A stretch of 64,000 bases of DNA from a virus (taxonomy: Duplodnaviria > Caudoviricetes). Positions 19,184 through 26,282 of this stretch are shown here, piece after piece (the first letter of the stretch is position 1; the number at the start of each line of letters is the position of its first letter). The notes under the pieces were generated by a model, which had not been told where the DNA came from, searched no databases, and was given only the letters and a program-made list of their open reading frames with translations. The translations under genes and the position numbers were made by a program. The DNA lies in the IMG/VR virus record IMGVR_UViG_3300021387_003827, positions 1-64,000 of that record. One strand, given 5' to 3'.

Positions 19184-19217
19184 ATCCCAGATAAGTACAT
19201 TCAAACTACACTGGGAT
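19184..19217 (-). other. Conserved-loop hairpin, copy 2
   Basis: AUCCCAG-UGUAGUUUGAAUGUACUUAU-CUGGGAU. Confidence 0.55.
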
Positions 19218-19225
19218 AATAGTTC

Positions 19226-19864
19226 TCAGCTTTTCTTTTTCTTACTGAGTTTCTTTTGACGCTTAGAATCAAGTTTATCCATATACTTTAATGCTTTCTC
19301 ACGATCTTTATATACTTCAATCCTCTCTTCATTTTGCTCTTTATCGTATGGAATAGGGTCCTTTAGGTAGTTTCCTTTCTTATCAACCCTCCAACCAATA
19401 GGGACATAGTCTTTTTCTTTCTTTCTCCTGTCTTTCTTAGAAGATTTCAGATAATCAATAACCTCTTTATCTCCCTTATTCCAGATTTCTTCCATGGTTC
19501 TGACATCCTTTCTCCTGGTTATGCCTTTTCCAATCTGGTTTCCAATAAAGGCGGAGCCGATAACTATTGCTCTTTTCGGATCTTTTCCCGACCCTACTCG
19601 CTTATTATTAATTACTTTGCCAGCAACATATCCAGTACCAAGACCAAGGAGACCGCTTTTGAATTGATTACGCCTAAATCTTTCTCTTCCAGCACTATCA
19701 GTATCATCAAACATTATTTGGGCTTGGGCTCTTTCCCTATCGGATGCTTTTTCTAAGAGTTTGTCACGTTCTTTATTGCGCTCCAGCTCCTCTTTCTTAT
19801 TTTTCTCCCACTCTTCATCTCCAGCTACTCCTGCGCGGAATTCTTTCTGTCTTAATATAATCAT
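19226..19864 (-). CDS. Leader-tagged basic protein with Gly-rich segments
   Basis: MIILRQKEFR; GLLGLGTGYVAG. Confidence 0.75.
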   Translation of the reverse strand: MIILRQKEFRAGVAGDEEWEKNKKEELERNKERDKLLEKASDRERAQAQIMFDDTDSAGRERFRRNQFKSGLLGLGTGYVAGKVINNKRVGSGKDPKRAIVIGSAFIGNQIGKGITRRKDVRTMEEIWNKGDKEVIDYLKSSKKDRRKKEKDYVPIGWRVDKKGNYLKDPIPYDKEQNEERIEVYKDREKALKYMDKLDSKRQKKLSKKKKS

Positions 19865-19877
19865 ATCTTTTTCTAAA

Positions 19878-19943
19878 AACTCTGGGGGAATCTTTAAACC
19901 TATTGCCCCCTCCCCAAAGTCTATATATTTTTTAAAGGGAGCA
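19878..19943 (-). ncRNA. Putative H-type pseudoknot, copy 3
   Basis: S1 UGCUCCCU/AGGGGGCA, S2 GACUUUGGGG/CCCCAGAGUU. Confidence 0.7.
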
Positions 19944-19950
19944 GAGTAAT

Positions 19951-20019
19951 CTATTCTTTATCTTTATTCTTTTTCTTCAGGGCCTTTACACCAGCCACAG
20001 CAGCACCAGTGGCAAGAGT
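19951..20019. repeat. 69-bp direct repeat (68/69) with 21186..21254
   Basis: Both encode TLATGAAVAGVKALKKKNKDKE*. Confidence 0.9.
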
Positions 20020-20487
20020 ACCACCAATTACCCAAGGAGCGGCTTTTTTAACGTTCTTTAGAATAGCCTGTTTTTTAGCATTTTTTCTAATAGCATCCTT
20101 TATTTCTTTATTAGAAATAGATCTTACTGATTCACCAAAAACATCTCCCTGCTGCATTCTTTGATTATTCATTCTAAGAAAGTCTCTATATGCACTAACT
20201 GGATCTTTTGTTGAGTGAAATTCTTGGGAGATTTTTCTACCACCACTACTTAATCCCTCATGAAACGAAATGTGCAGGCCATCCTTTCCAGCACAAATCT
20301 TGCCTCCAGATTTAGTAGTTTTGTATTTTCTTTTTCCAAGAATAAGATCTCTCCCTTCTTTAGTAATTTGGTTGGAGCGTTTGAATTCCCCATCTTGAAT
20401 ATGAAAATCTTTACCCATCGGTCCATCAAATCCGGTCTGGGAAGCATAAACTGAGGTAGCAAAGGTTTTCTGTCTTAGTAATATCAT
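19951..20487 (-). CDS. Leader-tagged tail-anchored protein
   Basis: MILLRQKTFA (M31 of track ORF); AAPWVIGGTLATGAAVAGVKALKKK. Confidence 0.8.
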   Translation of the reverse strand: MILLRQKTFATSVYASQTGFDGPMGKDFHIQDGEFKRSNQITKEGRDLILGKRKYKTTKSGGKICAGKDGLHISFHEGLSSGGRKISQEFHSTKDPVSAYRDFLRMNNQRMQQGDVFGESVRSISNKEIKDAIRKNAKKQAILKNVKKAAPWVIGGTLATGAAVAGVKALKKKNKDKE

Positions 20488-20491
20488 AATC

Positions 20492-21106
20492 TTACTTATT
20501 ATCCTTTTTATTAGCTTTCTTTTTCTTATAGGCTTTAATGCCTGCAGCTGTTGCACCAATAGTCGCAGTTCCACCAATTACCCAAGGAGCAGCCTTCTTT
20601 AGCTTCCTTGTGGCCTTCTTTAGTTTTCGTTGAACTTTTGTTCTTTTGATCTTTTCTTTATAATAATCATCTAGAGAATTTGAAAAATCGTGGCTATCTC
20701 TAAGTGGGCCAGTTTTCCAATCTTCTAGGGCAGCAGCTGCTTCTTCTCTTGATCTGAATCCGGCCCTGCTTCTGGACCTATTATCGCTATTTTCAAGCGC
20801 CGGCTTACTTCTTGCATTAACACTTCTCGCCAGTACCTCTTTTTCTTCTAGACTGATGTTCTTTTGTTCTCTTGGATCAATGGGAGTATATTTTCTTTTT
20901 GCTTGTCTATATCTACGTATAATACTATCCTGTTCTTCTTTTGGAAGATATTTATATTCAGAATTTTTAAGAAAGTCTTCTGGCTCTATTCCCAGTTTTT
21001 TAGCTTGCTCAAGTTCATAAAATTTCTTTCTTAGTTTCTTTCTGGCTCTTTCTTCCAATTTTTTCTCTCCGGCTTCAGAGTATAATCTTTCTCTTAGTAT
21101 AATCAT
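20492..21106 (-). CDS. Leader-tagged tail-anchored protein
   Basis: MIILRERLYSEAG; AAPWVIGGTATIGATAAGIKAYKKK. Confidence 0.8.
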   Translation of the reverse strand: MIILRERLYSEAGEKKLEERARKKLRKKFYELEQAKKLGIEPEDFLKNSEYKYLPKEEQDSIIRRYRQAKRKYTPIDPREQKNISLEEKEVLARSVNARSKPALENSDNRSRSRAGFRSREEAAAALEDWKTGPLRDSHDFSNSLDDYYKEKIKRTKVQRKLKKATRKLKKAAPWVIGGTATIGATAAGIKAYKKKKANKKDNK

Positions 21107-21116
21107 AAAATATCAT

Positions 21117-21182
21117 ATCTACCAGGAAAGTTGTTAAATTATCCTCCCCTCTGGTAGATTTTGTTTTACGGGGAGGAGCAAT
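21117..21182 (-). ncRNA. Putative H-type pseudoknot, copy 4
   Basis: S1 AUUG(C)UCCUCCCC/GGGGAGGAUAAU, S2 AUCUACCAG/CUGGUAGAU. Confidence 0.8.
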
Positions 21183-21185
21183 TAT

Positions 21186-21860
21186 CTATTCTTTATCTTT
21201 ATTCTTTTTCTTCAGGGCCTTTACACCAGCCACAGCAGCACCGGTGGCAAGAGTTCCAGCAGCAATATATGGAGCAGCTTTTTTAATGGCCTTCGCTCTT
21301 TCTAATTTTTTAATACGCGCAAGTCTCTCGGGTGCTTCTCTACTAATTTCCGCCCTCATCTGTCTCTTCGCTTTTTGGGCTTCCCATGCTTCAACTTTTC
21401 GGTCAAAATCTGATGCTGCTTTTTTACGCTCAGCTTCACGAATTTCAAAATTTTCTTTAATATTTCGTTGTAATTCTTCCCATTCCTTCTTTCTCTTATA
21501 GTCACTTAATGCCTCTGATCTAGAATTTTTAAAATCTTTTAAATTATCTGCCTTAATTTTTGCCTTTTCCTCAAGAATATCTTTTGGTCCACTCCATTGC
21601 TGTTCAAATCTAGCCAGACTCAGTTTTCCGTCTTCTTTTGTTGCAGCATCCTGGATTTTCTTCAGCTTTTCAGGATTAAACATAGTCCTGAGTTCCCGCA
21701 GACTATTGATGTGTTTTTCTTGTCCGATAATTTCAGAATTTTTTAAATTTTCGGCCTGCTGTTCTATCTGCCACTTCCTCTTGTTGGCTTTCTTCTTGGC
21801 TCTTTCTTCCAATTTCTTCTTCCCAGCTTCAGAGTATAATCTTTCTCTTAGTATAATCAT
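21186..21860 (-). CDS. Leader-tagged tail-anchored coiled-coil protein
   Basis: MIILRERLYSEAG; AAPYIAAGTLATGAAVAGVKALKKK. Confidence 0.8.
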   Translation of the reverse strand: MIILRERLYSEAGKKKLEERAKKKANKRKWQIEQQAENLKNSEIIGQEKHINSLRELRTMFNPEKLKKIQDAATKEDGKLSLARFEQQWSGPKDILEEKAKIKADNLKDFKNSRSEALSDYKRKKEWEELQRNIKENFEIREAERKKAASDFDRKVEAWEAQKAKRQMRAEISREAPERLARIKKLERAKAIKKAAPYIAAGTLATGAAVAGVKALKKKNKDKE

Positions 21861-21872
21861 ATCCAATTTTAT

Positions 21873-21939
21873 CTATGGAGGACTTGATTAAAGATATACC
21901 CCTCTCCCCCATAGTATTGATTTAATAGGGGATATATCT
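21873..21939 (-). ncRNA. Putative H-type pseudoknot, copy 5
   Basis: S1 AGAUAUA(U)CCCCU/AGGGGUAUAUCU, S2 CUAUGGGGG/CCUCCAUAG. Confidence 0.75.
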
Positions 21940-21978
21940 ATAAAAACATTAGAACTAATCGCTCTTTATCATATCAGA

Positions 21979-22449
21979 TTATGCTGCCTTATCCTTCTTT
22001 TTCTTTGCAGCATAACCAATCCCAGCTGCAGTACCAAGAACAACAGCACCGGTAGCAACAGGATGTTTCTTTACTATGTCTACTCCCTTCTTGCCAAGTT
22101 TCCAAGCCTTCTTTGCAGCATCATTAAAGGCAGCTCTTTTCTTGGCACCATCAAAAGCCTTCTCCACTTTATCTGGATTTATATTCTTTCTATCGATTGC
22201 TTTATGAACGAGTGACATATTTCCAGCCTCACGAGCAGAAGCAACAGAAGCTTTATCTGCAATCTGTAAAGTCTTCTTGGCAGCATTTAATTCTTCTGTG
22301 GTCATTGCTTCCTTAGCCAATTTCTCTGCTTCTTTGGCCTTATTGGCAGCCCGGTTAGCGTGCATTTCAGCATTCTGGGCTTTTCTTTCCATTTTTCTTC
22401 TCTGCTTTCTTTCACGTGCAGAAAATAATTCTTCTCTAAGTATAATCAT
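21979..22449 (-). CDS. Leader-tagged tail-anchored Ala/Lys-rich protein
   Basis: MIILREELFS; HPVATGAVVLGTAAGIGYAAKKKK. Confidence 0.8.
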   Translation of the reverse strand: MIILREELFSARERKQRRKMERKAQNAEMHANRAANKAKEAEKLAKEAMTTEELNAAKKTLQIADKASVASAREAGNMSLVHKAIDRKNINPDKVEKAFDGAKKRAAFNDAAKKAWKLGKKGVDIVKKHPVATGAVVLGTAAGIGYAAKKKKDKAA

Positions 22450-22715
22450 CGTAAAATTCTCCTTAGTTTCATTTCATTCCCTGTCTTCCGGAGTTCTGCC
22501 TGCTTTGCCCGAATATCTCTTTTTGATATATTCCCAATTATGTTTGAAGTAGCTTTCTCTAGACCGGAAGTAGTTTTGTCAATTTCCTTTATATCCTTCT
22601 GTATACCTTTATCTGATCTTCTCCTTACTTTCGCCCAATAAGAAGAAACCGGATCGAGGGAAGAATAGTCAGTACGTTTTGTAGAAGAATAAAGGTTTTG
22701 TCGTTTTAATATCAT
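22446..22715 (-). CDS. Leader-tagged small basic protein
   Basis: MILKRQNLYS; ATGA overlaps. Confidence 0.7.
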   Translation of the reverse strand: MILKRQNLYSSTKRTDYSSLDPVSSYWAKVRRRSDKGIQKDIKEIDKTTSGLEKATSNIIGNISKRDIRAKQAELRKTGNEMKLRRILR

Positions 22716-23077
22716 TTCTCTTTCTTTATTAATTTAAGTCCAAGAGTGAAATAGAAGACATCATCGCAGCAGTCATTCTCTGCTTTTATCATCCAAGCAT
22801 CAACTCCGCTTTCTTCGAGTCGTTTTATAAATTTACCAAGAATATTAAAGTAGTGGGACCATTTTCCAGGGCCATTCCATCCACCAGAGAGTTCAACCGT
22901 AAAAGTTCCATATTCATCGGTTTTAAATTCTAGTGCTCCTCCTAATGTTTGTAATTTACTCCCTAATACAGTTTTCCCACCGTCGGTTATAAACTCTGGC
23001 TCCTTTAATGTGTTCTCGAAGATTTCTTTTATTCTTTTTTCACCCTCCGGAGAGAATAGTTTCCTTCGTAGTTTCAT
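22712..23077 (-). CDS. Leader-tagged hypothetical protein
   Basis: MKLRRKLFS. Confidence 0.7.
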   Translation of the reverse strand: MKLRRKLFSPEGEKRIKEIFENTLKEPEFITDGGKTVLGSKLQTLGGALEFKTDEYGTFTVELSGGWNGPGKWSHYFNILGKFIKRLEESGVDAWMIKAENDCCDDVFYFTLGLKLIKKEK

Positions 23078-23158
23078 GGGTTTATTGAGTTTTGAGTTTA
23101 GGGCCCTAGGTATGGTTCTTAGGGCCCATCTTTCTCTTGTCGTCCTCTACTGTTTCTT

Positions 23159-23806
23159 TTACTCAGCTTTGCCTTCCCATTTATCTTTAAATTCCTGTGG
23201 AGTCATTTTCCCAAGAGCTACTTTAGAATAATCTGCACTAATTTCTCTATTTGTCTTATTTCTTGGGTCTTTTCCGTGCTTCTTCATCTCTTTTTCATGC
23301 ATTTTTCCTACTAAATGCCCGCCGAGATATCCAATACCAGCTCCAGCAGCAGCGCCGATAGCAGCATTCCTAGGATTTACCCTACCATAAGGATCGAAAG
23401 CATTAACAGAGGCACCCTGTAGTGCGCCGGCAGCAGTTAGGACTTTCTTTATAGTCTTTTTATCTCTATCTATCACTCTATTCTCAGCCTCTTCGTCTCC
23501 TTCATCAATGCTCTTAATAACATCTTCATTAGCATCTTTATCCATTCTAGCTCGAGCCATTATATACCGTCTATCATTCTTGTCAAGGCCGGCTTTCTTT
23601 ATAGACTTTTTAAGCTCTCTTCGCTCTTTTCTTGTTGTAGTTTTTTCTGAAAACTCTTTCTGTGCATAATCATAACCGTCCTCGATTCCACTGTAATAAA
23701 CTTCTTCCAGAATAGCATCGAGTTCTTCATCGCCAGTACTAAATAATTTCTGGCTCTCTTCGGTCTGAGAAAAACACTTCTCAGCGAAATCTTTTCCACT
23801 TATCAT
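23159..23806 (-). CDS. Protein with acidic pro-region carrying three KxFS sites, then a Gly-zipper domain
   Basis: EKCFS, QKLFS, QKEFS; AAIGAAAGAGIGYLGG. Confidence 0.75.
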   Translation of the reverse strand: MISGKDFAEKCFSQTEESQKLFSTGDEELDAILEEVYYSGIEDGYDYAQKEFSEKTTTRKERRELKKSIKKAGLDKNDRRYIMARARMDKDANEDVIKSIDEGDEEAENRVIDRDKKTIKKVLTAAGALQGASVNAFDPYGRVNPRNAAIGAAAGAGIGYLGGHLVGKMHEKEMKKHGKDPRNKTNREISADYSKVALGKMTPQEFKDKWEGKAE

Positions 23807-23822
23807 AATTATAAAACATTCA

Positions 23823-23895
23823 TCTACCAGAAAAAGTTATTAAATCACCATCCTTCCCCCCCCCCTGGTAGAATATTTTAATGGGAGAAGGCATG
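23823..23895 (-). ncRNA. Putative H-type pseudoknot, copy 6
   Basis: S1 CAU(G)CCUUCUCCC/GGGGGAAGGAUG, S2 UCUACCAG/CUGGUAGA; G10 tract at the junction. Confidence 0.75.
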
Positions 23896-23900
23896 AATCT

Positions 23901-24119
23901 TTATTTTATCTTCTGTATAAATTTATGAGGCTTATTTCCGGCCAGATTTTTATACAATGACATAAATCTCTTACCTTCTTTCTCTCCACCACGAGCTATA
24001 TGTTTTTCTAAAGCTAACTTGGCATCGGTAAGATTATGTTTTGGTATAGAGATTTTATATTTACCTATTCTGGCTATTTGAATTCCACTATAGGTCTTCT
24101 GTTTTCTCTTTAGTATCAT
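23901..24119 (-). CDS. Leader-tagged small basic protein
   Basis: MILKRKQKTYS. Confidence 0.7.
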   Translation of the reverse strand: MILKRKQKTYSGIQIARIGKYKISIPKHNLTDAKLALEKHIARGGEKEGKRFMSLYKNLAGNKPHKFIQKIK

Positions 24120-24169
24120 TTTCTTTCTTTATTTCCCTTCCACAAAGTCTTCTAGTTTCAGAAGCATTT

Positions 24170-24460
24170 TTAAAGCATGTTCTCTGTGTGGTCAAGACGC
24201 CATAGGTACTTTTCGGGTAATCCAGCGCGTTTTCCATGTTTTCTAGAAATTATTTGCTGACCGCGGCTATCATAGAAATTGGTTAGAGGCTTGATTTCTG
24301 GTTTATTAGATTTTCTAAACTTTCGCAATCTGTCAAATTCATCAAGTTTCTGACGAGTATTTCCTACTTTAATTTCTTTAGGAATTTGCGAAATTTCCCA
24401 CAGCCGTTTAGCTGCTTTATTAGCTTTATTTCCAAACTCTTTCTGTCGTAGTATTATCAT
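24170..24460 (-). CDS. Leader-tagged small basic protein
   Basis: MIILRQKEFG. Confidence 0.7.
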   Translation of the reverse strand: MIILRQKEFGNKANKAAKRLWEISQIPKEIKVGNTRQKLDEFDRLRKFRKSNKPEIKPLTNFYDSRGQQIISRKHGKRAGLPEKYLWRLDHTENML

Positions 24461-25227
24461 TTCTTTTTTCTCCTTTTCTTTAGATAAACGCCAGTTGCCA
24501 TCAGGCCTGTTCCTAAAACAATAGGAGCCGCACCTTTTGCAAATCTCTTAGGGTTTTTCTTAATATATTCCTTGACATCTTTTAGGGTTCTTTTCTTATA
24601 TCCCTTTCCTCCAACAATTTTAGAGGAGCTTATATCATGGTCAAAAATATGAGTACCCTTCCCAAGACTTTCAAATAATTCCTTACTTTCCAGTTCGTCT
24701 TTAAAAATTCCTGGTCGACGGTTATGATACTCTTTCCAGTTTTTCGCTCCAAGAAGCTCTGGATTTTCTATTCTTCTAGAGCCCTTAACATCTTTGTCAT
24801 AATCTAACTCTATTTTGAGAGTTTTGTTCTTTTTCGGAAACAGCAACTCTCTCATGTCATCAGCATTAGGGGTCCGTCTCCCTTCTTTGTACATGCTTCT
24901 CGCCGAACCAGTAGAATTAGCTCCTTGCCTACTTTTTGAGGTATAAACTAGGTTGTCTAAAGAGGGATCGTCTTTTAGATGGCTTAGAACAGTCCTTGTA
25001 AACGAATTAGGGTCATTTGCTTTAGATGCCTTTAATCCCTCATTTAGAATTGATTCTACATTTTCGACGGGAGTATTATGATATCTTACTACCTTTCCTG
25101 TCAGTCTACTTCTAACTTTTGGAGAAGCCAGAGAACCAGCAGTAACTACCCCACCACCGACAAGTGCTGCATCACCAATATCCTGATCATTATCCTCTTT
25201 CTTCTTAGAGTATAATTTTAGTTTCAT
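24457..25227 (-). CDS. Leader-tagged, membrane-anchored ADP-ribosyltransferase-like protein
   Basis: MKLKLYS; RYHNT...SILNEGL...LVYTS...LKIELD resembles the H-type ART/Tpt1 strand pattern; hydrophobic helices at both ends. Confidence 0.6.
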   Translation of the reverse strand: MKLKLYSKKKEDNDQDIGDAALVGGGVVTAGSLASPKVRSRLTGKVVRYHNTPVENVESILNEGLKASKANDPNSFTRTVLSHLKDDPSLDNLVYTSKSRQGANSTGSARSMYKEGRRTPNADDMRELLFPKKNKTLKIELDYDKDVKGSRRIENPELLGAKNWKEYHNRRPGIFKDELESKELFESLGKGTHIFDHDISSSKIVGGKGYKKRTLKDVKEYIKKNPKRFAKGAAPIVLGTGLMATGVYLKKRRKKK

Positions 25228-25256
25228 ATTTCAGTTTTTTTATATAAAATCTAACT

Positions 25257-25877
25257 CTACTTTATTATTAGGGAGTATGGAAGATTAAGAGTTTTACAAA
25301 TACCGATAATGTGTAGGTTTACTATTTTCTCTTTTCCTTCTTCGGATTTAAGAATTTCCAAGTCCTCCACATTATCCATAAAGAGATTTTCAGTCAAGAT
25401 TGCAGGACATTTTGTAAAGTATATAACATCAAAATTCGCCTGCCAATATCTCTCTCCTGGCACACATCTATTTCCTTTCAGTCCAAGTTCTTCAGCGGCC
25501 GTATATATATTTTGGGCTAAGGTGCGAGATTCCTGTGATGCGTTCTTAGCCACATACACGCAAAATCCTCTAGCACCTAACCATTTCCCCTCATTTCCGG
25601 CCGCATTTATATGGACTGAAATATAATAGCATTTTTTATCTGGGTTATTCTTTATTATCGTGTTTGCCCTTCTTATCCTCTCAGATCTTGGAATATCTTC
25701 ACGCTCTGGAACTATATTAATACACTCAATTCCTAATCCTTCAAAGGCCTTTATAATCCGGTCCACCATTTCTCTGGCCCATTCACCTTCGAAAAGAGAT
25801 TCATCCGGGCTTCTTTTTCCTTTGGTGTATTCTCTAGTACCATGGCCAGGATCAAACATTAGAATTATCTTTTCCAT
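25257..25877 (-). CDS. N-acetylmuramoyl-L-alanine amidase (Amidase_3), probable endolysin
   Basis: DPGHG, E, SVHINA, AILTENLFMDN zinc/catalytic motifs. Confidence 0.92.
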   Translation of the reverse strand: MEKIILMFDPGHGTREYTKGKRSPDESLFEGEWAREMVDRIIKAFEGLGIECINIVPEREDIPRSERIRRANTIIKNNPDKKCYYISVHINAAGNEGKWLGARGFCVYVAKNASQESRTLAQNIYTAAEELGLKGNRCVPGERYWQANFDVIYFTKCPAILTENLFMDNVEDLEILKSEEGKEKIVNLHIIGICKTLNLPYSLIIK

Positions 25878-26241
25878 ATTTCATTTCGTTTATATTTGGC
25901 CCAATCATCCTGGACCGATAAAATCCAGAAGACGTATATAGATTAATGGCTGGTATATTATCTTTTCTTACACTGAGATATCTACATCCAGAGTCTAGGG
26001 CACGAGATAATAATTCTTTCCCGTACCCTTGACCTCGATATTCCTTAGTAACTTCAAGGGATACAATATAATCTCCTTTCCATGCACAATAACCAATAAG
26101 ATCTTCTCCTTTAATAAACATAATGCCCTTAATGTCATTCCCCACCTTAGAGTGTTTGAGAAGATTCTCCGGGGATTTATACTTAAGGACATTTTCTTTT
26201 GTATATGGGAGTTCTTTATATCCCTTTCTTTTTAGTATCAT
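25852..26241 (-). CDS. GNAT acetyltransferase with degenerate leader
   Basis: MILKRKGY; VTKEYRGQGYGKELL, NIPAINLYTSSGF. Confidence 0.88.
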   Translation of the reverse strand: MILKRKGYKELPYTKENVLKYKSPENLLKHSKVGNDIKGIMFIKGEDLIGYCAWKGDYIVSLEVTKEYRGQGYGKELLSRALDSGCRYLSVRKDNIPAINLYTSSGFYRSRMIGPNINEMKYGKDNSNV

Positions 26242-26282
26242 CGTGAAATTTTATATGCTACTTACTTTCGGAAGTGCACCCT

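Noticed and set aside
5904-23895. Pseudoknots as stop-codon readthrough signals or integron attC-like DNA sites
   Set aside because: Two copies (10434, 21873) are not adjacent to a stop while spacing to the downstream AUG is consistent; G-U asymmetry favours RNA; no integrase in the window. Not fully excluded.
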